A stretch of DNA of 52,219 nt from a virus (lineage: Duplodnaviria; Caudoviricetes). The stretch lies in IMG/VR virus record IMGVR_UViG_3300048997_000467, positions 1 to 52,219 of that record; one strand, written 5' to 3'. Position 1 is the stretch's first letter. Every line of letters begins with the position of its first letter. Positions 35,238 to 42,568 of the stretch are shown here, piece after piece. Both the position numbers and the translations under genes were made by a program. The notes under the pieces are model-generated. The model searched no databases. It saw nothing but the letters and a program-made list of their open reading frames with translations, and was not told the origin of the DNA.

Positions 35238-37448
35238 ATGAAAATCGTTCGCGCCGTCGCTCCGGATTCCCGCGTCTTCCGCCCCATCGGCGGCGGCCGC
35301 GTCCACATCACCGGGCAAGCTCAGGCCGTCAAAGCCCTCGCCACGCAGATCGTCCCCAGCGCCCCGCCGGCCATCAAGAGCACCAGCGCCTACTCCGCGA
35401 GCCTCGTCTCCCGGCTCACCGAAGACTGGCCCATCGCCATCCTCAGCGCCGATGCCGCCACCCGCTGGAGCCTCCGCCAGCTCCGCGCCCGCGCCCGCGA
35501 TCTGGAGCGGAACGGCGGCATCCACAATGCGTACCTGGATTGCCTGGAAGTCGATATCATCGGCTCCAAAGGCATCGGCGTTCATTTGAAGATTCAGGAT
35601 GAAGGCGGCGATCGCGTCATCCCGCCGGCCGAGCACGCCTTTTACAAGGCGCTGAACGAAGGCGTGGCCACTTACCGCGGCCTCGCCGCCAAGCGCCGCC
35701 TCGCCTTCCGCCAGGAAGCCCACCACTGCGCCATGAAGGCCGCCGTGGTCCGCACCGCTCACCAGCTCGCGCCCGAGGAGACGGCCATCCCCGGCGGCGG
35801 GCTGGATCGCTACGCCTGCTACCTCGTGGAAAGCGAATTCAAGGAATTCGGCAAGCAAGGCCATTGCGACGTCACCGGCAAACACTCCCTGCAGGATCTC
35901 TGCCGGCTCGCCCTGCGCACCGCCGCGCGCGATGGCGATGCCGTCATCCTCGCCTATCTCGGCTACCCAAATCGCTGGGGCGTAGCCTTCCAGCTCATCG
36001 AAGGCGATTACGTGGATGACTACTACAACGTGGAGCGCCTGCCCAATGGCCACCGCATCCAGATGGGCGTGGAGCTCAATGCCTTCGGCCGCAAAGTCGC
36101 CCTCTGGGTCTTCGCCCGCCACCCCGGCGATTACGGCACCGATGGCGTCACGCAGACGGGCACGCGCCGGCGCATCCCCATCCTCGGCGAGCCGCCCGAT
36201 CCCTACTACAGCCCGGATGGGCCCGAGGCCGTGCAGGCCATCCACCTCACCCGCTCCAAACGCGCCGAGGAGACGCGCGCCGTCCCGTGGATCACGCCCG
36301 CCCTGCAGCTCATCCACCATATCGAGAGCTACAAGGAAGCCGAGATCACCGCCGCCCGCGAGGAAGCCTGCAAACACGTCTTTTACGAGCGCGATATGTT
36401 CGCCAGCGATGGCACCGCCCTGGAGTGGGAAGAGCGCGATGGCAAGCTCACCGATGAAATGCAGCCCGGCGGCGCCACCGCGCTCCCGCCCGGCTACAAG
36501 GTGAACTTCGTCGATCCGAAGCACCCTAATCAGCACTTCCCCGACTTTCTTAAATCGATGAAGCGGGAAGTCGCGATGGCGGTGAACTACTGCTACAACA
36601 TCCTCTTCGGCGACCTGGAGAGCGTGAACTTTTCCAGCATACGCGCCGGCCTGCAAAACCAGCGCGAAGGCTCCAAGATGGGCCAGGCGTGGTTTGGCTC
36701 CAATGCCTTCACCCCCATCTTCGAGACGTTCCTGAAGATGGCGCTCCTCACCGGTGCGCTCCCCTTCCGCACCACCGATTTCCCGCGCCTGAACCGGCTC
36801 GAGCTGAAGTTCCGCCGCTGGCCGTGGGTGGATCCCAAGAGCGATGCCGAGACGGCCCAGCTCCTCATCCAGATGAAGCTCACCACGCGCGGCCGCGTGA
36901 TCGCCGATATGTCCAGCGACGACTTCGAGGACATCATCGACGAGCTCGACGATGAAGCGGCCTACATCGCCACCAAAAAGAACCTCCCGCCCGAGCTCCT
37001 CCCCCCGCAGCCGAATGGCGCTCCGGGCCAGCCTGCGCCCGCTCCCGAGAAGACGCCCGCCGCCGCCAAGAAGCCCGCCATCAAATCCGCCTTTCTCGGC
37101 GAAACGCCCTTTGCCGAGCTGCCCGAGCACGCGCAGCGCACCATCGCCGAATTCGTCCCCTCGCCCGCGCCCGAGGCCAAAGTCATCCGCTACCAGATGA
37201 CGGTGCCCGAGCTGCTCGCCAAGGCCGATCCGCACAATCTCCAGACCGCCCGCCGGCGCGTGGCCAAGCGCACCATCGCCTCCTCCGCCGCCGAAGTGCT
37301 GGAGCGCAAAGACAAGGCCATCCTGCTCCTCAACGACAAGCTCATCGACGGCCATCATCACCTGGCCAAAGCGGAGAAAGGCAAGATCACCAGCTCCCTC
37401 CCGGTGCTCGATCTCACCCCCCTGCGTTACCAGCCAGCCGCCTCCTAG
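35238..37448 (+). CDS. Lambda-family portal protein with a C-terminal ParB/Srx-like extension, 736 aa
   Basis: LRARARDLERN, GVELNAFGR, GDLESVNFSSIRAG, WPWVDP; C-terminal LIDGHHH. Confidence 0.9.
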   Translation: MKIVRAVAPDSRVFRPIGGGRVHITGQAQAVKALATQIVPSAPPAIKSTSAYSASLVSRLTEDWPIAILSADAATRWSLRQLRARARDLERNGGIHNAYLDCLEVDIIGSKGIGVHLKIQDEGGDRVIPPAEHAFYKALNEGVATYRGLAAKRRLAFRQEAHHCAMKAAVVRTAHQLAPEETAIPGGGLDRYACYLVESEFKEFGKQGHCDVTGKHSLQDLCRLALRTAARDGDAVILAYLGYPNRWGVAFQLIEGDYVDDYYNVERLPNGHRIQMGVELNAFGRKVALWVFARHPGDYGTDGVTQTGTRRRIPILGEPPDPYYSPDGPEAVQAIHLTRSKRAEETRAVPWITPALQLIHHIESYKEAEITAAREEACKHVFYERDMFASDGTALEWEERDGKLTDEMQPGGATALPPGYKVNFVDPKHPNQHFPDFLKSMKREVAMAVNYCYNILFGDLESVNFSSIRAGLQNQREGSKMGQAWFGSNAFTPIFETFLKMALLTGALPFRTTDFPRLNRLELKFRRWPWVDPKSDAETAQLLIQMKLTTRGRVIADMSSDDFEDIIDELDDEAAYIATKKNLPPELLPPQPNGAPGQPAPAPEKTPAAAKKPAIKSAFLGETPFAELPEHAQRTIAEFVPSPAPEAKVIRYQMTVPELLAKADPHNLQTARRRVAKRTIASSAAEVLERKDKAILLLNDKLIDGHHHLAKAEKGKITSSLPVLDLTPLRYQPAAS

Positions 37449-37481
37449 CGCGCCTGCTTTGACACCGCCCGGGCCAGCGCT

Positions 37482-38951
37482 ATGGCCCTCGAACTTTCCC
37501 CCGTCCAATCCACCCTCACCTTCGAGGGGCCCGAGGCCATCAAGAGCATCGCCACGCAGGATGGCCACGTGACCGTGGGCGCCTACGCCATCCGCTTCTC
37601 CGGCCCCGGCGATCCGGATACCTCGGGCGAATACTTCACTCCGCGCACCAACTTCGGCCCGAAGAATGGCGATGGCGTGGCCACCCTCTTCCACCACGGC
37701 CTGCCCATCAAAGGCCTGGAGCGCCTGCAGGAGATCGAATTCGGCCCCGCCACCACCCGGCGCGATGAGACGGGCATCTTCGCCGAAACCACGCTCGATC
37801 TCTCCGATCCCGATCAAGCCCGCCTCGCCCACTGGTGCGCCAAGGGCGCGCTGAAATGGTCCAGCGGCAGCGCCTCCCACCTCGTGCGCAAAGGCGCGGA
37901 TGGCTGCGAAATCACCCGCTGGCACCCCATCGAATTCTCCTTCACGCCGGCGCCGGTGGATGAGCGCCTCCCCGCCATTCGCCCGCTGAAGTCCCTCCCC
38001 GAAATCGCCGCGCCCATCGCCGCCGCGCTCGCCGAGGCCTTTGCCGCGCCCGCCCCCACGCCCGCCGCGCCGCCCGTTGACACGCCGAAAGAGGCCACGC
38101 CCACCGCGCCCACCAAGTCCGCACCCACCCCTTCAATCACCGTCATGGAAAAGACCCCCGAACAGCTCGAAGCCGAACAGAACGCCCGCACCGAAACCGC
38201 CGTGAAGGCGCGCGAGCTGGCCATCGAGGAAATCACCGCCCTGGGTGAGCAATACCACTGCATGGATGCGGCTCGCAGCTTCATCCGCGATCGCAAGTCC
38301 GCCGGCGACTTCCAGAAACACATCCTCACCGATGTGCTGAAGGCCAAGCCGGTCAAATTCAATGCCGGCCTCATCGGCATGGATCAAAAGGAGCTTGGCC
38401 GCTATTCCTTCCTGAAGGCGGTGCGCGAATTCAGCGACGGCTTCAAGCTCACCGGCCTCGAAAAAGAGGTCCATGATGCGGCGGTCAAAGCCACCGGCCG
38501 CAAGCTGGATGGGCGCACCTTCGTGGTGGCGCAGGACATCTTCCAGAGCGCCCTCAAAGCGCAGAACGTCACCACGGCGACCGCCGGCGGCTTCATGGTG
38601 CAGAACGATTACCTGCCGCCCATCGAGCTGCTCCGCAACCGCACCGCCGTCATGAAAGCCGGCGCCACCATGCTCGGCGGCCTCGTGGGCGACGTCATCA
38701 TCCCCGTGCAGACGGGCGCTTCCGTCTCCTACTGGGTGGCGGAGACGGGCGCGCTCACCGATAGCGAGCTCACCTTCGGCCAGAAGAAGCTCACCCCGCA
38801 CCGGCTCGGCGTCACCATCCCCTATTCCACTCAGTGGCGTAAGGAGAGGAGCCCAGAGCGTTGCCACACCGTTGGCAAAATGGGAGGGGCCGCGCGAAAA
38901 GCGCGGCCCCTTAACCCTTGCGGAGCTTCCGCAGGGAGTGGGCGAGGGTAA
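37482..38951 (+). CDS. Prohead protease-major capsid fusion, 5' part. True homology ends at about 38835; the rest is read-through into the satellite
   Basis: Protease motifs (GEYFT, LFHHG, WSSGS, EFSFTP.P); HK97-fold N-half (TAGGFMV, YWVAETG, LTPHRLG). Confidence 0.9.
   Translation: MALELSPVQSTLTFEGPEAIKSIATQDGHVTVGAYAIRFSGPGDPDTSGEYFTPRTNFGPKNGDGVATLFHHGLPIKGLERLQEIEFGPATTRRDETGIFAETTLDLSDPDQARLAHWCAKGALKWSSGSASHLVRKGADGCEITRWHPIEFSFTPAPVDERLPAIRPLKSLPEIAAPIAAALAEAFAAPAPTPAAPPVDTPKEATPTAPTKSAPTPSITVMEKTPEQLEAEQNARTETAVKARELAIEEITALGEQYHCMDAARSFIRDRKSAGDFQKHILTDVLKAKPVKFNAGLIGMDQKELGRYSFLKAVREFSDGFKLTGLEKEVHDAAVKATGRKLDGRTFVVAQDIFQSALKAQNVTTATAGGFMVQNDYLPPIELLRNRTAVMKAGATMLGGLVGDVIIPVQTGASVSYWVAETGALTDSELTFGQKKLTPHRLGVTIPYSTQWRKERSPERCHTVGKMGGAARKARPLNPCGASAGSGRG
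38823..38880 (+). repeat. Satellite attL: core TATTCCACTCAGT 38823..38835 plus arm-like CGTTGCCA and CGTTGGCA repeats
   Basis: 12/13 match to 48885..48897; related ATGGCAACCGTTGCCAAC at 48736..48753. Confidence 0.88.
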
Positions 38952-39111
38952 CGACCGCAACGGCTAGAGTCACCAGCCGCACGGCCAGCGTGAGCACCGC
39001 ATCGGCGGCATTCAGCGAGGCCAGGACATCGGCCCCCAACAGGCCAAGGACTGAGGCCACGCCGGCCCCTATGGGGTGGCGATCAAAGAGCGGGGAGAAT
39101 GGCAGGAACAT
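38911..39111 (-). CDS. Satellite small membrane protein (holin-like), 66 aa
   Basis: Two hydrophobic helices, basic tail, TTGACAC upstream; weak resemblance to 10541..10783. Confidence 0.6.
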   Translation of the reverse strand: MFLPFSPLFDRHPIGAGVASVLGLLGADVLASLNAADAVLTLAVRLVTLAVAVVTLAHSLRKLRKG

Positions 39112-39174
39112 CGGCCCGCCCGAACGTGTCAAAGGAGGGTGCCCGGTCCCCTCCGCACCCTCCCACCCCCCCGC

Positions 39175-39241
39175 CCCCTCGCGGGTCCTTCCGGGCGGAA
39201 ACGGGGCCAGCGGGTACCGAACCCCCCGTTTTACGTTAGAT
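39175..39241 (+). other. Satellite cos-like site
   Basis: Gapless match to helper 29117..29183 (51/67 by manual count), including GGGTCCTTCC and GGGT.CCGAACCCCC. Confidence 0.8.
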
Positions 39242-39363
39242 ACAGCCCCCGCCCGTTCTCCTCACCAGCACGATTTCAAATCGCGAAACACAGCATTAAC
39301 ACAGGCGATTTCTGAACGCGATCCGCTTTCCACCTAGGGAGAAATTGACACCCTCGCGCCCGG

Positions 39364-39765
39364 ATGCTCGTTTCCATCGCCAAACTCGCTTCTATCACAG
39401 GGAAGGACCGAAAGACGATCATCCCCCGAATCGCCCACCTCCCCAGCAAGGCCGGCGAAAAGGGAGCGAAACTCTACGAGAGCCCGGCTGCATTGGCCGC
39501 GATCTACACGCGCGACAGCGCCAGCGGAAACCTCGACGAAGCGCGCCGCCGCCAAGCCGACAGCGCGGCGCACCTGAACGAACTACGGGGGGAGGAGATT
39601 TCAAAGACGCGCATCCCCATCGACATTCCCATCCGCGAAAACGACCAAATCACGCAAAGCATCGCCGCAACGCTGAAGGCCGCCCGCGGCAAGACGCTTT
39701 CCCTCGAACTCATCAACGAGCTTTTGGGGAAGTTTCGCGACCTCCCCGCCAAGCTCAAATGGTAA
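39364..39765 (+). CDS. terS: Satellite terminase small subunit, 133 aa
   Basis: Gapless paralog of helper TerS, about 63% identity by manual count; identical C-terminal KFRDLPAKLKW. Confidence 0.9.
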   Translation: MLVSIAKLASITGKDRKTIIPRIAHLPSKAGEKGAKLYESPAALAAIYTRDSASGNLDEARRRQADSAAHLNELRGEEISKTRIPIDIPIRENDQITQSIAATLKAARGKTLSLELINELLGKFRDLPAKLKW

Positions 39766-39831
39766 CCGGCGGGCGTGGTTTCCCGGCCCGTTGACACGGC
39801 GGCGCGGAAGCGCACCAAAACCGCCCTTCCC

Positions 39832-40011
39832 ATGCCCCGTAAAACCGTTGTCGAACCCCTCACGAATCCCCCGGCCTACACCTACCGGGCACGCGTGGTT
39901 TCCCCGGTGACGATCTACGGCGAGGCCCGCGAAGTCGGCAGTATCTTGGAGGTGGACAAAGACACCTTCGACAACCTGGAGAAGAAGGGCCGCTTGGAAC
40001 CCGTTGCCTAA
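39832..40011 (+). CDS. Satellite paralog of helper 49944..50132 (gpFI-like packaging accessory by position), 59 aa
   Basis: G...EVD..TF.NL..KGRLE shared. Confidence 0.7.
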   Translation: MPRKTVVEPLTNPPAYTYRARVVSPVTIYGEAREVGSILEVDKDTFDNLEKKGRLEPVA

Positions 40012-40043
40012 TTCCTTTCACGCCTGAAATCCGCCCCCCTCCC

Positions 40044-41021
40044 ATGCCCACCGCTCCCTATTCTCTCGCCAATGCCTTCAAAGGCATCCTCGAAGGCAAC
40101 CTCACCGGCTTCGAGTTGGAAACCCATCAAGAGTTGGTGAAGCTCATGCCGAGCAAGCCCGCCGGCTTCCTCATCCCCCTGCGTGCCACGCTCAAGGCTC
40201 AGAACGTCACCAGCGCCCCGGCTGGCGGGTTTACCGTAGGAAGCGCCGTGCCCATGGCCGCGGATGCTCTGCGGCCCGCCTCGCTCGCCATGCGGCTCGG
40301 CGCGGAAATGATCTCCCTGCGTCCCAATGCCATCGTTCCGAGCATTGACGTAGGCGCGCAAGGCTACTGGCTCGCCGAGGGTGAGCTTTGCCCGGAGAGC
40401 ACCGCCAGCCTGAAGGCGCTCAAACTCACCCCCAAGCGGTGCGCCGCATGGATGAAGGTTACCAACCAACTTCTGGCCCAAGCGCCGATTGCCGAATCCA
40501 TGCTCACCCGCGATCTGCGCGGAGCCATCGGCCAGGCTCTCGACCTCGGCATTTTTTCCGGCGTGGGCGGCCACGAGCCTACCGGGCTGCTCAACAGCGG
40601 CGCGGTGCAATCCTACACTTTCGGCGGCGCTCCCACCCGCGCCAAACTCGCCGCGATGGAACGGAAGCTCGGCGACGAAAACGCCGACGATTCCAGCGCC
40701 CAATGGGTCACCAGCCCTGCGGTGCGCGAGAAATGGCGCAACACGGTGAACAACGACACCGCCGGCAGCGGCTTCCTGTGGGACGATGACAACCGCGCTA
40801 TCGGCAAGCCCGCATGGGCGACCAATAGCGTTCCAGGCGATTTCGTCATCCTGGGGGACTTCTCCGACCTGCTCATTGTGAATTGGGGCGTCATCGAAAT
40901 TTCGGACCCCTTCGGCGCGAAGAGGACCGCTCAAACCGAGCTGCTCATCGAAATCCACGCCGACGCCGGCCCCGTGCGCGGCAAAAGCTTCACCGTCTCC
41001 ACCGACACCGCCAACCAGTAA
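40044..41021 (+). CDS. Satellite HK97-fold major capsid protein (no protease, short delta region), 325 aa
   Basis: LKAQNVT..AGGF.V, YWLAEG, LTPKR, P.GLLN, C-terminal VSTDTANQ versus helper VSTDSAAQ. Confidence 0.9.
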   Translation: MPTAPYSLANAFKGILEGNLTGFELETHQELVKLMPSKPAGFLIPLRATLKAQNVTSAPAGGFTVGSAVPMAADALRPASLAMRLGAEMISLRPNAIVPSIDVGAQGYWLAEGELCPESTASLKALKLTPKRCAAWMKVTNQLLAQAPIAESMLTRDLRGAIGQALDLGIFSGVGGHEPTGLLNSGAVQSYTFGGAPTRAKLAAMERKLGDENADDSSAQWVTSPAVREKWRNTVNNDTAGSGFLWDDDNRAIGKPAWATNSVPGDFVILGDFSDLLIVNWGVIEISDPFGAKRTAQTELLIEIHADAGPVRGKSFTVSTDTANQ

Positions 41022-41064
41022 ATCGGCGGCTGCCACCGATTTCAAAACCACCCCACTCCCCACC

Positions 41065-41691
41065 ATGAAGCCCGGAACCTTTGTCCGCCCCGTCGCCCCC
41101 GAAAACCGGGAGGCTTTTGAAGACCAGCGCGCCGCCGCCAACGCCCGCGTGCAACACGAATTGCTCCGCCTGCGAGCGGGAGAACGGCCCGTGCCCCCGT
41201 GGGAAAATCAAGACGCCTACGCCTACGACAAAACGATCGCCGAGACTCACCTGAAATACGTGCAGGCTTGGCGGCCCGATCCGAAGCGCCGCGTTCTCAC
41301 CCACTGGAAGAAGCTGATGATTCAGCAGCGGGGCGGCATCGTTTCGATTTCCTACGAGGCAGACGGAAAGCTCTCGGATGCCAGTCTCTTTGCGGCGGAA
41401 AAAGGACCGTTCAAAATCCGCTGGCTGCACGGGTCCAAGGCCGGGCAAGTGGAAGACGTTCCGCCCGAATCTTACCTTGCCTTCAGAAAAGGCCCTGGGC
41501 AGACCACCGTTGCCGAGCCCGTCCCCGATGACGAGCCCCTTTGCCCGCCGGCGCAGCCCGCGAACATGCCGAGCTGCTTTCTCAAGGCGCAACGCCTGGT
41601 GGCGAAGAAGCTCAAAAAGGCCCCGGAAGACATCACCTACGCCGAGGCCCTCGATTTTTTCCACAAGCGGCTCGCCGCTGAAACTTTTTAA
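41065..41691 (+). CDS. Satellite hypothetical protein, 208 aa
   Basis: Co-oriented ORF; no helper paralog seen. Confidence 0.65.
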   Translation: MKPGTFVRPVAPENREAFEDQRAAANARVQHELLRLRAGERPVPPWENQDAYAYDKTIAETHLKYVQAWRPDPKRRVLTHWKKLMIQQRGGIVSISYEADGKLSDASLFAAEKGPFKIRWLHGSKAGQVEDVPPESYLAFRKGPGQTTVAEPVPDDEPLCPPAQPANMPSCFLKAQRLVAKKLKKAPEDITYAEALDFFHKRLAAETF

Positions 41692-41771
41692 CAACTTCGG
41701 GGGATTGTCTGCCCTCGGGGCTTGAATGAGAGGTGGAACAGGGTTCTTGACTGCCCGTTCCGCTGCGGTTG

Positions 41772-41822
41772 AGGCCGGGGGCTTGGTGGCCCCCGGCCTT
41801 CACGCTTTTTCCAACTTTTTTT
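41772..41822 (+). terminator. Hairpin with T-tracts (terminator-like)
   Basis: AGGCCGGGGG / CCCCCGGCCT stem followed by T runs. Confidence 0.45.
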
Positions 41823-42557
41823 ATGCCCGGAATCACGATCAAACCCGGCTCCAGCAAGCCGTGGATGGCCAACTTCAAGCAATACGCGAAGTGGTACACG
41901 GAAGCGCACCCCGACGCGAACGCCGCCGAGCTGTTCGTGGATCAATGCCGCAAGACCGCCGTGGAGCTTTACCAGCAAACCGTGGCCGTCTCCCCCACGA
42001 AGGCCGAAATTGTGGCCGATGTGAAATCGCGCGGCTGGCACATCCCCGCCTTCTTCGGCAAGGTGGAGCGCGACGATAAAGGCCACATCGAGCACGGCGA
42101 GCGCATCGGGCGCGGCTTGGCCAAATGGTGGGCCGCCGCCGCCGAGAAACGCCGCGACAAGCGCCGCAAAGGCCGCCCCACCACCGCCGCGCAGAAAGCG
42201 CGCGATGAACGCCTCTCCCGCCGCCCCACCCTCGCGCAGATGCAGGCTTACGCCATCGCCGTCCGAAACAAGGCCAGGCTCTTTGTCGCCTCCGGCTGGC
42301 TCGGCGCTTCCTCCGATCTCGGCGGCTCCCTGAGCCTCTCTTCCGGCAATATCGACCACGAGCGCGGCGGAGCGGTCATTTCCCGCCAGCCCGGCAAAAC
42401 CATTGTCACCCTTTGGAACAAAACCCCCGGCGTCGAAAAGCTCAACGCCCGCTCCCACTTCGTCCGCGTAGCCCTCATCGTGCGCGCGGCTGACATGGCG
42501 GTTTACGTGCGCCGCAAGGCCGCCGAAGCCGCGCAACGCTTCCTCCGCAAAAAGTAA
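41823..42557 (+). CDS. Satellite paralog of helper 2757..3512, 244 aa
   Basis: Shared ADVK..GW.IPA.F, PTLA.MQA, ARLF.ASGWLGA..DLGG, WN.TPG. Confidence 0.85.
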   Translation: MPGITIKPGSSKPWMANFKQYAKWYTEAHPDANAAELFVDQCRKTAVELYQQTVAVSPTKAEIVADVKSRGWHIPAFFGKVERDDKGHIEHGERIGRGLAKWWAAAAEKRRDKRRKGRPTTAAQKARDERLSRRPTLAQMQAYAIAVRNKARLFVASGWLGASSDLGGSLSLSSGNIDHERGGAVISRQPGKTIVTLWNKTPGVEKLNARSHFVRVALIVRAADMAVYVRRKAAEAAQRFLRKK

Positions 42558-42568
42558 CCCGCCCCTCT

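Noticed and set aside
35214-37925. Long antisense ORFs (for example 35214..37925, 8425..10317, 3886..5637, 6776..8479, 31819..33384)
   Set aside because: Shadow frames of high-GC genes with no recognisable motifs
38836-38951. Genuine C-terminus of the 489-aa capsid ORF
   Set aside because: Read-through into satellite DNA after attL; capsid homology resumes at 48885
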